Counted from the first letter of the stretch, positions 15,990 to 25,465 are shown. The stretch is 32,000 nucleotides of DNA from Gemmata obscuriglobus (GCF_008065095.1 NZ_CP042911.1:8580001-8612000), one strand, 5' to 3'. The notes: a model not told the origin generated them from the letters alone. Made by a program: numbers and translations.

Positions 15990-17483
15990 ATGGCGATCAA
16001 GAAAGAGAAAGACACCGGGACGCTCATCCTCGAACTGGTGGACAAGCTCCACGAGGAACGCAAGATCGCCAAGGACGTGATCTTCAAGGGCATCTCGTCG
16101 GCCATCCAGGTGGCCGCGGAGCGCCACTTCCAGGTGGAAGAGGGGGTGTTCGTCAGCATCGACGAGGCCACCGGCCACATCGTCGCCAAGTACGGCGACC
16201 AGGAGCTGGACCCGATCACCCTCGGGCGCATCGCGGCGCAGTCGGCCAAGCAGATGATCATCCAGAAGATCCGCGAGGCCGAGTCGGACACCGTATTCAC
16301 CGAGTTCACCGGCAAGAAGTACGAACTCCTGGTCGGCACCGTCACCCGCGTGGACGCGGGCACCGCCATCGTGTCGCTCGGCAAGTCGGAGGCCCTGCTG
16401 CCGCGGAGCGAGCAGATCCCCGGCGAGACGCACCACGTCGGCGAGCGGGTCAAGGCGATCATCATGGAGGTCCGCAAGCAGGGCAACCGCGTCAAGATCG
16501 TGCTGTCCCGCGCGCACCCCGAGTTCGTGAAGGCGCTGTTCGAGGAAGAGATCCCGGAGATCGACGAGCGGATCATCGACATCCGGGCCGTCGCCCGGGA
16601 GGCCGGGTACCGGTCGAAGGTCGCGGTCACCAGCATCGACATGAAGGTGGACGCGGTCGGCGCGTGCGTGGGGGTCCGCGGGAGCCGCATCAAGAACGTG
16701 ATCGAGGAGCTGAACGGCGAGCGCATCGACATCGTCCGCTGGAACGACGCGCTCCAGGTGCTCATCCCCAACGCGCTCCAGCCGGCCCAGATCTCCGACG
16801 TGTTCACCTACCCCAAGCTGGGGCGGGCCATCGTGCTGGTCACCGACGACCAGCTCTCGCTGGCGATCGGCCGCCGGGGCCAGAACGTGCGGCTGGCGTC
16901 CAAGCTCGTGGGCTGGGACATCGAGATCATGACCCACGACGAGCTGGCCGAGGCGCTGGAGCGGGCCGAGCGGTGGTTCGGTCAGCTCCCGCACGCCTCG
17001 CCGGAATTGACCAACGCTCTGATTGAAGAGGGGTTCCTGTCGTACAACGACATCACCATGACCGACGACGAAGGGCTGGCCGAGTTCACCGGCCTGACCC
17101 AGGAGGCGGCGGACGAGGTGGTGATGTACGCGGAAGAGTACGCGGACGTCATGGAGCGGAGCGTCGAGGAGGAGCGCCGGCAGGCCGAGCTGGCCGCGAA
17201 GGAGGCCCGGCTGCAGGAGCAGGCCGACGCGGACGCCCAGGCGCGAGCCGAAGAAGAAGCTCAGGCCGCGGCCGAGGTGGGGCTGACCGAAGGCGCCCTC
17301 AACCCGGACGCGACCGGCGAAGTTGGCGTGACCGACGAAGCGGTCGAAGTGGCCGCGGGTGCGGAATCTGGCGAAATTGATGCCGCGGCCGAACCCGATG
17401 TGGTGGCCGAGGCCTCTACCTCTGGTGAGGTGACCGATCGTTCGGCGGACGCGCCTTCCGACGCGGACAAACCGGCCGAATGA
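15990..17483 (+). CDS. nusA: transcription termination/antitermination factor NusA with an acidic C-terminal tail
   Basis: Has the NusA N-terminal domain, S1 (GTVTRVDAGTAIVSLGKSEALLP) and two KH domains (GACVGVRGSRIKNV, AIGRRGQNVRLASKLVGWDIEI). Start MAIKKEKD. Confidence 0.93.
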   Translation: MAIKKEKDTGTLILELVDKLHEERKIAKDVIFKGISSAIQVAAERHFQVEEGVFVSIDEATGHIVAKYGDQELDPITLGRIAAQSAKQMIIQKIREAESDTVFTEFTGKKYELLVGTVTRVDAGTAIVSLGKSEALLPRSEQIPGETHHVGERVKAIIMEVRKQGNRVKIVLSRAHPEFVKALFEEEIPEIDERIIDIRAVAREAGYRSKVAVTSIDMKVDAVGACVGVRGSRIKNVIEELNGERIDIVRWNDALQVLIPNALQPAQISDVFTYPKLGRAIVLVTDDQLSLAIGRRGQNVRLASKLVGWDIEIMTHDELAEALERAERWFGQLPHASPELTNALIEEGFLSYNDITMTDDEGLAEFTGLTQEAADEVVMYAEEYADVMERSVEEERRQAELAAKEARLQEQADADAQARAEEEAQAAAEVGLTEGALNPDATGEVGVTDEAVEVAAGAESGEIDAAAEPDVVAEASTSGEVTDRSADAPSDADKPAE

Positions 17484-17717
17484 CGCCAGCAACGAACGGG
17501 AGCGAAGTATGAGTCGTTGATGCGACGGTCGGAACTGGCTCGGTGCCCCGACCCGCTCATTCTCGTGCCTCCGGCTATCCCGCCGAGAGTCCCCCTTTTC
17601 TATGGGGCCGGCGGGATTAGAATATAACTCATTCGGGGCGCGATCGGTCGATCCGGTATGCCCGCTCGCGCGGGCCGGTTCGGGGGTTGCTCGGGGCACC
17701 CCCAAGAGGAGTTCCGC

Positions 17718-20700
17718 TTGTCGAATCCGACGTCGAAAGACACGAAAGACAAAAAAGTCCGGGTGTTTAACCTGGCGAAAGAGTTGAACGTCGAGAGCAA
17801 AGTGCTCCTCGACTACTGCAAGGAACTCGGGTTCGCCGACATCAAGAACCAGCTCAACGGCTTGGAGCCGGAGCAGGCGGACGCGCTGAAAGAGCGCGTC
17901 AAGAAGGGGCCGAAAAGCGGTCCCGCGCCCGCGCCGGCCCCGAACGCGCCGCCGAAAAACGTCATTCCTCCACTGGCCAAGCCCATTCCTGCGATTCCGA
18001 AACCGCTTCCGAAGCCGGCGGTCAAACCGGCCGAACCGCCCGCACCGGCTGTGCAAGCCCCGGTCGCGGCTCCCGCTCCTGTTGCGCCCGCGCAGCCCGC
18101 GGCGCCCGCCCCGACTCCGGCGGTCGTCGCCGAATCGCCCAAACCCGCGCCGGCTCCTGCTGCGCCCCAACCGGTTGCGGCGGAGGTGAAGCCGGCCCCG
18201 GCGGTCGTCGCCGAAGCGCCCAAGCCTGCACCGGCTCCTGCTGCGCCCCAACCGGTTGCGCCGGCCGCGCCCCCGAAGAACGTGATCCCGTCGCTGGGCG
18301 GGAGCGGCATGCGGAACTTGAACCAGGGCCGCCCCGCGAATCTCAGCCCCCAGCGGCCGGCACCGGCGACGCCGCCGGCTCCCGCTGCCCCGGCAGCTAC
18401 CACTCCGACTACCGTTGCGGCGGCTCCCGCTGCCCCGGTCGCTACCACACCGGCTACCCCGGTGACTCCCGCCGCAGCACCCGCGCCGGTTGCACAACCT
18501 GCGCCCGCCGCGGTTGAGGCAAAACCGGCAGTCGCGGCAGAGGCGAAGCCGGTCCCCGCGGCCGAAGCGAAGCCGGCGCCTGCGGCGCCGGCTCGGACCG
18601 CCCCGGCGGTGCCGCCCTCGCCCGTCGCTCCGAAGCCTAACGTACCGGCCGCTGCGGCCCACCAGCCGCCGGCCCGTCCGACGCCCCCGCCCGCGCCCCC
18701 GGGGCCGCCGAAGAACATCATCCCGACGAACCTCGGCCAGCCGACACGCCCGGGCGTTCTGGACCGCAAGCCGGCCCCGCCGCCGCCGAAACACATCGCC
18801 CCGTCTCGCACGTCGGTGGGCCAGGCGCCGCCGCCGAGCGGCCAGCGGCCGCCGTCCGGGGCCACCGGCGCACCCGGCCCGCGTCCCTCCGGTCCTGGTG
18901 GTGCTGGCGGTCCGGGCGGTCCCGGATCGCCGCGCACGGGAGCGGGACAAGGCGGGCCAGGGGCTCAGAACCGCTCCGGTCCCGGTGGTCCGGCCAAGCC
19001 GGGCGGCCCCGGGCAGTCGGTGAAGCTCACCCCGGAGATGATCGAGCGGCTCCGCGCGGCCAGCGCCCGCGGGCAGCGGCTGTCGATCAACGAGGTTGCC
19101 AAGACCCCGTCCGCCCCGGCGCCTGGCGCGCCCGGTCGGCCCGGTGAACCGAACCGCCCGGGCGGCCCCGCCCGCACCGGCGGCGCACCGACCCCAGGCG
19201 CCCCGCGCCCGGTCGGTGGTGACGAAGAAGAAGACGAAAAGAAGAAGACCGGCGTCATCGGCCGCGACTCCCGGCACAAGGGCCGCACCGGCGGCGGCGA
19301 CCGGGGGCGCTCGTCCGGCGGCCCCCGCGTGGACCGCGGGTCGGTCGTGCTCGGGCCGGGCGGCGTCGAGATCGTGGAGCAGCAGTGGGGCTCCCGCCGC
19401 GGGCCGCGGGCCGCGCTCATGCGCAAGGCCATGCGCGGCAAGGTCGCGCCGGTCAAGAAGGAAGGCAAGATCGAGATCACGCTGCCCATCACCGTGCGTA
19501 GCCTTTCCGAGGCGACGGGGGTGAAGGCGGGCGAGCTCATCAAGCGCCTCATGAAGGAGACCAACCAGCTCTACGGCAACAACTCGCCGGTGGAGTTCGA
19601 CACGGCGGCGATGATCGCCGTCGACAACAACATCGAGCTGGTGGTCAAGCGGCAGAAGACGGCCGAAGAGGAGCTGATCGAAGAGTTCGAGCAGATGATG
19701 GAGAACGTGGACCCCGAGAAGCTGCGCCCGCGGCCCCCGGTGGTCACCATCATGGGTCACGTCGACCACGGCAAGACGTCGCTGCTCGACAAGATCCGGA
19801 AGTCGAACGTCGCGGCCGGCGAGGTGGGCGGGATCACGCAGGTGATCCGCGCGTGGTCGGTCACCCACAAGGTGCTCAACCCCGACGACCCGAACGAGGA
19901 GCTGCTCGAGAAGCAGATCACGTTCCTCGACACGCCCGGCCACGAGGCGTTCACCAAGATGCGCGCCCGCGGGGCCAACGTCACCGACATCGCGGTCATC
20001 GTGGTGGCGGCCACCGACGGCGTGATGCCGCAGACCGAAGAGGCGGTCAACCACGCCAAGGCCGCGGACGTGCGCATCATCGTGGCGATCAACAAGGTCG
20101 ACGCGCCGAACGCGAACGTCGAGCGCACCAAGCGGCAGCTCTACAACCTGAACCTGCTGCCGGACAACATGGGCGGCGACATCCAGTTCGTCGAGACCAG
20201 CGCCCTCACCGGCCAGGGCATCGACGACCTGCTCACCGCGATCTCGCTCGAAGCGGAGTTCAACCTCGCGGACGACCTGAAGGCCGACCCGGACCGCCCG
20301 GCGTTCGGCACCTGCCTCGAAGGGTACATGACCGCCGGCGAGGGCGTGAACGCGACCGTGCTGGTGCAGCAGGGCACCCTCCGCCCGGGCGACATCGTGC
20401 TGTGCGGTGCGAACTACGGCCGCGTCCGCACGATGTACAACGACCACGGCGTCGCGATCGAGGAGGCCGGCCCCAGCACCCCCGTTCGCATCACCGGCCT
20501 GGGCGGCGTGCCCAACGCCGACGACCCGTTCTACGCGGTGGACGAGCTCACGACCGCGGCGAAGATCGCCGAGGCCCGTGAGAAGAAGGACCGCGAGGCG
20601 TCGCTCAACCGGTTCCAGGCGGTCAAGGACCTGGACTCGCTGACCGCGGCCAAGAGCAAGCTGAAGGTCACGGAGCTGAAGATCATCCTCAAGGCCGAGG

Positions 20701-21302
20701 CCCGCGGCTCGGTGGAGGCGATCAAGAAGGAGCTGGAGAAGCTCACGCACGAGGAGGTGACCACCCGGGTGCTGCACGCCGGCATCGGGGCCATCACCGA
20801 GTCGGACGTCCAGCTCGCCCGCATCAGCCCCGACGACACGCTCGTCATCGGGTTCAACGTGACCGCCGACGACGCCGCCCTGCGGCTCGCCGACGAGCAG
20901 GGCGTCAGCCTCCGCGAGTACCAGATCATCTACAACCTCGTGGACGACGTGAAGGCGGCGATGGAAGGCCGTCTCAAGCCGATCGAGGAGGTGGTTCACC
21001 TGGGCCGCGCGGTGGTCCGCCAGACCTTCAAGGTGGGCAAGGTGGGCACCATCGCCGGGTGCTACGTCACCAGCGGTGTCCTCGAACGGTCCGCCCGGGT
21101 GCGGATCATCCGCAGCGGCGTCGTGGTGTTCCCGCCCGCCGAAAAGGTGGTCGGCCTCGACAGCCTCAAGCGGTTCAAGGACGACGCCAAGGAGGTCCGC
21201 GAGGGCTTCGAGTGCGGTCTGAAGGTTTCCAACTTCGACGACATCCGTGTCGACGACGTGATCGAGGCGTTCAAGATCGAGGTTCGTGCCCGTACCCTGT
21301 AA
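17718..21302 (+). CDS. infB: translation initiation factor IF-2 with a roughly 600-aa Pro/Ala-rich N-terminal region
   Basis: IF2_N motif [27 protein letters not shown]-domain motifs [17 protein letters not shown] and NKVD, plus the C-terminal domains. TTG 17718 has AAGAGGAG (17704-17711) 6 nt upstream, so I prefer it to ATG 17658. Confidence 0.92.
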   Translation: MSNPTSKDTKDKKVRVFNLAKELNVESKVLLDYCKELGFADIKNQLNGLEPEQADALKERVKKGPKSGPAPAPAPNAPPKNVIPPLAKPIPAIPKPLPKPAVKPAEPPAPAVQAPVAAPAPVAPAQPAAPAPTPAVVAESPKPAPAPAAPQPVAAEVKPAPAVVAEAPKPAPAPAAPQPVAPAAPPKNVIPSLGGSGMRNLNQGRPANLSPQRPAPATPPAPAAPAATTPTTVAAAPAAPVATTPATPVTPAAAPAPVAQPAPAAVEAKPAVAAEAKPVPAAEAKPAPAAPARTAPAVPPSPVAPKPNVPAAAAHQPPARPTPPPAPPGPPKNIIPTNLGQPTRPGVLDRKPAPPPPKHIAPSRTSVGQAPPPSGQRPPSGATGAPGPRPSGPGGAGGPGGPGSPRTGAGQGGPGAQNRSGPGGPAKPGGPGQSVKLTPEMIERLRAASARGQRLSINEVAKTPSAPAPGAPGRPGEPNRPGGPARTGGAPTPGAPRPVGGDEEEDEKKKTGVIGRDSRHKGRTGGGDRGRSSGGPRVDRGSVVLGPGGVEIVEQQWGSRRGPRAALMRKAMRGKVAPVKKEGKIEITLPITVRSLSEATGVKAGELIKRLMKETNQLYGNNSPVEFDTAAMIAVDNNIELVVKRQKTAEEELIEEFEQMMENVDPEKLRPRPPVVTIMGHVDHGKTSLLDKIRKSNVAAGEVGGITQVIRAWSVTHKVLNPDDPNEELLEKQITFLDTPGHEAFTKMRARGANVTDIAVIVVAATDGVMPQTEEAVNHAKAADVRIIVAINKVDAPNANVERTKRQLYNLNLLPDNMGGDIQFVETSALTGQGIDDLLTAISLEAEFNLADDLKADPDRPAFGTCLEGYMTAGEGVNATVLVQQGTLRPGDIVLCGANYGRVRTMYNDHGVAIEEAGPSTPVRITGLGGVPNADDPFYAVDELTTAAKIAEAREKKDREASLNRFQAVKDLDSLTAAKSKLKVTELKIILKAEARGSVEAIKKELEKLTHEEVTTRVLHAGIGAITESDVQLARISPDDTLVIGFNVTADDAALRLADEQGVSLREYQIIYNLVDDVKAAMEGRLKPIEEVVHLGRAVVRQTFKVGKVGTIAGCYVTSGVLERSARVRIIRSGVVVFPPAEKVVGLDSLKRFKDDAKEVREGFECGLKVSNFDDIRVDDVIEAFKIEVRARTL

Positions 21303-21308
21303 CCGATT

Positions 21309-21398
21309 CGGAGTGCGGCGTTCGGAACGCGGAATCGAAGACCAAAAGACGTAACGGCTTTGTTGTCTTCGATTCCGCGTTCCGAACGCCGCACTGCG
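21309..21398. terminator. very long hairpin immediately after infB
   Basis: 21312-21342 is perfectly complementary (31 bp) to 21365-21395. The stem extends with one mismatch to 21309/21398, around a 22-nt loop. Confidence 0.6.
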
Positions 21399-21407
21399 GA
21401 TTACCAA

Positions 21408-21704
21408 ATGATGGTCATCGGCTCGTTATCAGTCCGGCTGCTCGTGCGCGAGAGCCGGACCTTGAAGGACAAACGACAGGTCGTGCGCAGCGTCCTCGAC
21501 CGAATGCGGGCGGCGTTCAACGTCTCCGCGGCGGAGGTGGACACGCACGACGACGTAAAATTGGTTACGCTCGCGTTCGCCGCGGTGGGGTTCGAGACCG
21601 CCGCAGTTCAAAGCGCGTTGCAGAAGATCGCTGACGCCCTGCGCGTCCACCCGGTCGCGGAATACCTCGGCAGCGAGGTCACGGTGGGGTCGGAAGTGGT
21701 TTAG
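21408..21704 (+). CDS. DUF503 (YlxP-like) protein
   Basis: MMVIGSLSVRLLVRESRTLKDKRQVVRSVLDRMRAAFNVSAAEVD matches the DUF503 pattern. It sits in the usual position between infB and rbfA. The ORF-track start at 21360 lies inside the hairpin. Confidence 0.8.
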   Translation: MMVIGSLSVRLLVRESRTLKDKRQVVRSVLDRMRAAFNVSAAEVDTHDDVKLVTLAFAAVGFETAAVQSALQKIADALRVHPVAEYLGSEVTVGSEVV

Positions 21705-21717
21705 CCGCGAGGTTGCC

Positions 21718-22047
21718 GTGACCCGACCGTGCCCGTTTTGCCGCGCCCAACTCGTGACCGTGGGCAGCGGATACTGTCCGAACTGCGCTCGGCTTGATGT
21801 CGCTCGCTCGTGGAGAAAGTGGCACGGTCCTGCGTACTTGGTATCGGCATCCTTGTGGTTGCTGAGTTTGGTATTCTGGCTGTTACTCTACTTCGATCTG
21901 TTCAGCCAGGACGGTCAGAGCCGGATTGATATGTCGGGCTGTGTCGCGGTTCTTTCCGGTGTCAATTTGCTGCTTTTTATCAAAAAATTCCGCGACTGGC
22001 ACGCAGGATTGAATTCATCTGCCACGAGGTCTGAACAACCCGAATGA
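21718..22047 (+). CDS. small zinc-ribbon membrane protein (109 aa), hypothetical
   Basis: GTG start with GAGG 5 nt upstream. CPFC-x12-CPNC zinc ribbon followed by two hydrophobic helices. The stop overlaps the rbfA start (ATGA at 22044-22047). It is visibly less GC-rich than its neighbours. Confidence 0.55.
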   Translation: MTRPCPFCRAQLVTVGSGYCPNCARLDVARSWRKWHGPAYLVSASLWLLSLVFWLLLYFDLFSQDGQSRIDMSGCVAVLSGVNLLLFIKKFRDWHAGLNSSATRSEQPE

Positions 22048-22535
22048 AATCGCACCGGTTAGCACGCGTGTCGGAGGTGGTCCGCGAGACGGCGGCCAAC
22101 GCCATCCTGTTCGAGATCAAAGACCCGCGGGTCAAGAACGTGACGGTCACGCGCGCGGAGGTGTCGGCCGACCTTCAGCACGCGAAGGTGTTCGTCTCGG
22201 TGATGGGGAGCGAGAAGGAGCAGTCGCTGACCATGCACGGGCTGAAGAGCGCCGCGGCCTACGTGCAGACGAAGATCGCCGACCGGCTCACGTCGCGGTA
22301 CGTCCCCCACGTCACGTTCATCCTGGACGAGGGGGTGAAGAAGAGCATCGAGATCGCCCGGATTATCCGCGAGGAGAACGAGCGGCTCGAAGCCGATCGC
22401 GGCGCGGCCCAGACGCCCCCTGAAGGGGAGCCGGGGGGCGACTCGCCCGAGAGCGATCCCGAATCGACGGACGAAGCCGAGCACGGACAAACGACCGAAG
22501 CCGCCGAAGGAACGACGGACCGCCCGAAACCGTAG
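22044..22535 (+). CDS. rbfA: ribosome-binding factor A with an acidic C-terminal extension
   Basis: RLARVSEVVRETAANAILFEIKDPRVKNVTVTRAEVSADLQHAKVFVSV is typical of RbfA. Confidence 0.9.
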   Translation: MKSHRLARVSEVVRETAANAILFEIKDPRVKNVTVTRAEVSADLQHAKVFVSVMGSEKEQSLTMHGLKSAAAYVQTKIADRLTSRYVPHVTFILDEGVKKSIEIARIIREENERLEADRGAAQTPPEGEPGGDSPESDPESTDEAEHGQTTEAAEGTTDRPKP

Positions 22536-22607
22536 CCGCGGCGCGGGCCGCGCCCGCTTCGCAGCAGTCCCCACGGGCGAACGCCAACGGAACCGGAGTC
22601 CCACCGC

Positions 22608-23414
22608 ATGCCGGCCATCACGAACAAGCAGCAGCTCCTGACGCAGGCGCAGGCGGCCCTCAAGAAGAGGTACCCGCTCCCCACCCCCGAGCCGCGCGAG
22701 CCGCGCCTGTTGCTCGATGAACTCATCTTCGCCATCTGCCGAGAAGGCAGCACCACCGAGGACGCGGAAGAGGCCTACGCGCGCATCCGGAAGGTCTTCG
22801 TGGACTGGAACGAGATCCGCGTCAGCACGGTTCAGGAGGTCGCCGACGCGCTGCGGCCGCTGCCCAACCCGGGGCCGCGCGCGGGGTGGATCATCGGCGT
22901 GCTGCACGCCGTGTTCGAGATGAACTACTCCTACGACCTCGGCGACATGGAGAAGAAGGGGCTCAAGAACGCGGCCAAGCAGATCTCCCGCTACTTCAAC
23001 GCCAAGGACCTCGAAACGAAGGGGCTCAAGCAGGCCGCGAAGCAGATCGAGCGGTTCAAGCGGGTGAACGACTTCGCGGTGGCGTGGGTGGTCCAGCGGT
23101 CCCTCGGCGGGCACGCGATCCCCCTGGACGGCCCGACCTTTCGCGTGCTCCGGCGGCTCAATGTGGTCGAGGAGGCCGAGGCCGAGGACATGGAGTCGCT
23201 CCGCGGCGGCATCGAGCACGTGATCCCGAAGGCGCGTGGCGAGGAGTTCACGGAGCTGATGAGTATCCACGCCAAGGAGACCTGCATCGAGAAGACCCCG
23301 CTGTGCGGCCAGTGTGTGCTCAAGGGCGAGTGCCCCACCGGGATCGAACTCTTGTCGAAGAAGTCCGACAAAGACAAAGAGAAGGCCGAGCCGAAGCCGA
23401 AGAAGTCGCGCTGA
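22608..23414 (+). CDS. endonuclease III-like (HhH-GPD superfamily) protein with a 4Fe-4S cluster loop and a Lys-rich tail
   Basis: The C-terminal CIEKTPLCGQCVLKGEC has spacing C-x6-C-x2-C-x5-C, the EndoIII/MutY Fe-S cluster loop. AIPLDGPTFRVLRRL resembles EndoIII IAVDTHIFRV. The internal duplication is KGLKNAAKQISRYF / KGLKQAAKQIERFK. Confidence 0.65.
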   Translation: MPAITNKQQLLTQAQAALKKRYPLPTPEPREPRLLLDELIFAICREGSTTEDAEEAYARIRKVFVDWNEIRVSTVQEVADALRPLPNPGPRAGWIIGVLHAVFEMNYSYDLGDMEKKGLKNAAKQISRYFNAKDLETKGLKQAAKQIERFKRVNDFAVAWVVQRSLGGHAIPLDGPTFRVLRRLNVVEEAEAEDMESLRGGIEHVIPKARGEEFTELMSIHAKETCIEKTPLCGQCVLKGECPTGIELLSKKSDKDKEKAEPKPKKSR

Positions 23415-23626
23415 GCCCGTTTTCTAACGAACCGGGGGCTCATGCCCCCGTCCGCCGACACGTCACGTTTTGCCGCTCCTTTTCTCCACTTCTCCCAATC
23501 TAACTGGCGCAAGCTCGGGTCATGGCCTCGTCTGCCCGATGAGGACGGGCCGCACAAATTGCTCAACCCGCACGGCCCTCATGGCCGATCAAGCCTGTTG
23601 CCAGCCGCCTAATCCGTCGAGGCTCT

Positions 23627-24880
23627 ATGACGTCCGCGCCGCTCGATCGGCTCGTGGGATCGCTCGCGGGGACCGGAATGACCCGGTTCTTCCGCCGCAT
23701 GTTCGACGACTACCCCGACCTCCTGATGAAGGACCTGACGGTCGAGGCCGTGAACCCCGACCGCACGATCAAGCTCGGCGGGCGGTGGGTCACCAACTTC
23801 GGTTCCGACAGTTTTCTGGGCCTGGACCAAGACCTGCGCGTGTGTGCCGCGCTCGAACGGGGCGTGCGGACGTGGGGCACGCACAACGGCACTTCGCGCG
23901 CCTTCTCCAGCGCCGAACCGAACGTTCGTGCCGAGCGTAAACTCGCCGAGTGGCTCGGCACGGAAGCGGCGCTCATCTACCCGTCCGTCACACTCGCGAA
24001 CGTGGGGGCGCTGCCGGCGCTCGTCACGCGGCAGGACGTGTTGGTCGCGGACCAGTTCGCGCACAACTCCATTGACGAGGGATTGAAGCTCGCAAAGGCT
24101 CGCGGGGTGCGGACGGCGAAGTTCGAGCACAACTCGCCCGCGGCGCTTGAAGAAACGCTCCGGGGCTTGCAGCCGTTCCGGCACGCGGTGGTAGCAGTGG
24201 ACGGCGTGTACAGCATGAGCGGCGAACTCCCGCCGCTTCAGGAGTTCGACCGCATTTGCCGGGCGCACAACGCGTGCTTGTACGTGGACGACGCGCACGC
24301 GAGCGGGGTGCTCGGCGAGCACGGTCGCGGTACGGTGCTGGCCTCGCTCGGGCACTACGACAACGTGCTGACGGTGGGCTCACTGTCGAAGGGCTTCTCC
24401 TGTCTGGGCGGGTTCGTCGCCGGTTCACAAGCGGCTGTTGACGTGCTCAAACTACGCTCGAACTCGTTGATTTTCGGTGGCCCGGTGCCGCCGCCGTATC
24501 TCGAAGCGGTTTGCGCCGTCGTCGACATTCTGATGTCGCCCGAATATCCGGCGCTACGGGCCAGACTCGACGCGAACGTGCGCAAGCTCGCCCAGGGTGC
24601 CGCGCGAAGAGGGTTCACCGTACTGGGCGGGTTGGTGCCGATCGTGTCGGTGCTGATCGGCGGCGAGGAGGCGACCCTGAAGGCCGGGCGGTTCCTGTAC
24701 GAACAGGGCTATTACGCACAGTCCGTCGTGTTCCCGGCGGTGCCGCACGGGCACGGGGTGTTGCGGATGCAGGTCAACGCGAACCACACACCGGCACAGG
24801 TCGATGGGCTGCTCGACGCACTCACCGCCCTGGCAGCCGGGACCGCAGTTCCCGAACCGGCGACCGCGGCTGCGGCATGA
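23627..24880 (+). CDS. alpha-oxoamine synthase family PLP enzyme (BioF / KBL / serine palmitoyltransferase-like)
   Basis: Shows VDDAHASGVLG, GSLSKGF (the PLP lysine) and DGVYSMSG. Substrate specificity cannot be assigned from the sequence alone. Confidence 0.85.
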   Translation: MTSAPLDRLVGSLAGTGMTRFFRRMFDDYPDLLMKDLTVEAVNPDRTIKLGGRWVTNFGSDSFLGLDQDLRVCAALERGVRTWGTHNGTSRAFSSAEPNVRAERKLAEWLGTEAALIYPSVTLANVGALPALVTRQDVLVADQFAHNSIDEGLKLAKARGVRTAKFEHNSPAALEETLRGLQPFRHAVVAVDGVYSMSGELPPLQEFDRICRAHNACLYVDDAHASGVLGEHGRGTVLASLGHYDNVLTVGSLSKGFSCLGGFVAGSQAAVDVLKLRSNSLIFGGPVPPPYLEAVCAVVDILMSPEYPALRARLDANVRKLAQGAARRGFTVLGGLVPIVSVLIGGEEATLKAGRFLYEQGYYAQSVVFPAVPHGHGVLRMQVNANHTPAQVDGLLDALTALAAGTAVPEPATAAAA

Positions 24881-24946
24881 TTTCCCCGTGCTTGTAGGGT
24901 CAGACTGGTATCAGACGAGGAGCCAAGGAGTGCTACGCGCAACCGA

Positions 24947-25276
24947 ATGATGCACTGGCTCTATCTGATCCTCGCGGGCTGCTGCGAGTGCGGGTTCACC
25001 ACCTGCCTGAAGCTCTCCGAAGGGCTGACCAAGCTCGGCTGGGCGCTCGCATTCGTGTTGCTGTCGATCATCAGCTTCGGGCTGCTCACGCTCGCGGCTC
25101 AGAAGATCTCGCTCGGCACGGCCTACGCCGTGTGGACCGGTATCGGCGCGGCCGGCACTGCGATCATCGGGATCGTGTGGTTCAAAGACCCTGCCACGTT
25201 CTGGCGGCTGTTCTTTTTGGCCGGCCTGATCGGCTGCATCATCGGGCTGAAAATCGTCTCGCCAGAAAAAGAGTGA
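24947..25276 (+). CDS. SMR-family small multidrug-resistance transporter (SugE/Gdx-like)
   Basis: About 108 aa with four TM helices. The conserved membrane-embedded Glu lies in helix 1 (LILAGCCECGFT), and the protein carries the AYAVWTGIGAAGTAIIG motif. Confidence 0.85.
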   Translation: MMHWLYLILAGCCECGFTTCLKLSEGLTKLGWALAFVLLSIISFGLLTLAAQKISLGTAYAVWTGIGAAGTAIIGIVWFKDPATFWRLFFLAGLIGCIIGLKIVSPEKE

Positions 25277-25413
25277 GGGATCGGCCGCAACGAGGCCCCA
25301 AAAGTGGGGGGCGCGGAGTCGGGGGCGTTTGTTCCTGCCTTCAGGCTCGGTTCCACCCACTTTGGGGCCTTTCCTGCGGTCATTTTCCGACGTCCCGCCG
25401 CCCGAACCGCTTC

Positions 25414-25422
25414 TGCTATAAT
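25414..25422 (+). promoter_or_regulatory. candidate extended -10 promoter element (TGcTATAAT) upstream of def
   Basis: A perfect TATAAT at 25417-25422 preceded by TGC, 44 nt upstream of the def ATG. No good -35 hexamer is present. Confidence 0.35.
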
Positions 25423-25465
25423 CACATTCAACGTCCCGAGAATCGAAGCTCAACGAGCAGGTGAA

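Noticed and set aside
15981-21407. An uninterrupted 1808-aa minus-strand ORF spanning nusA and infB.
   Set aside because: It is exactly antisense to two unmistakable housekeeping genes. Its translation is Arg/Gly/Pro/Asp-rich low complexity with no motifs. This is the typical stop-codon-poor shadow frame of GC-rich DNA.
24881-24946. A possible guanidine riboswitch upstream of the SugE/Gdx-like SMR gene. The leader contains GGTCAGAC and CAGACGAGGAG, which are reminiscent of ykkC-III motifs.
   Set aside because: The motifs are in the wrong order for guanidine-III. No paired ACGR-loop hairpins exist for guanidine-II. At 66 nt the leader is too short for guanidine-I. I could not fold a consistent pseudoknot. 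An Infernal scan with RF00442, RF01068 and RF01763 would settle it.
1864-25465. ORF-track N-terminal extensions at 1864, 3279, 5851, 7283, 8312, 9219, 13687(-), 15927, 17658, 21360 and 25304.
   Set aside because: In each case an internal start has a better SD and matches the expected family N-terminus or signal peptide. The extensions are Arg/Gly-rich or overlap hairpins. I reported the shorter models, but the starts remain predictions.
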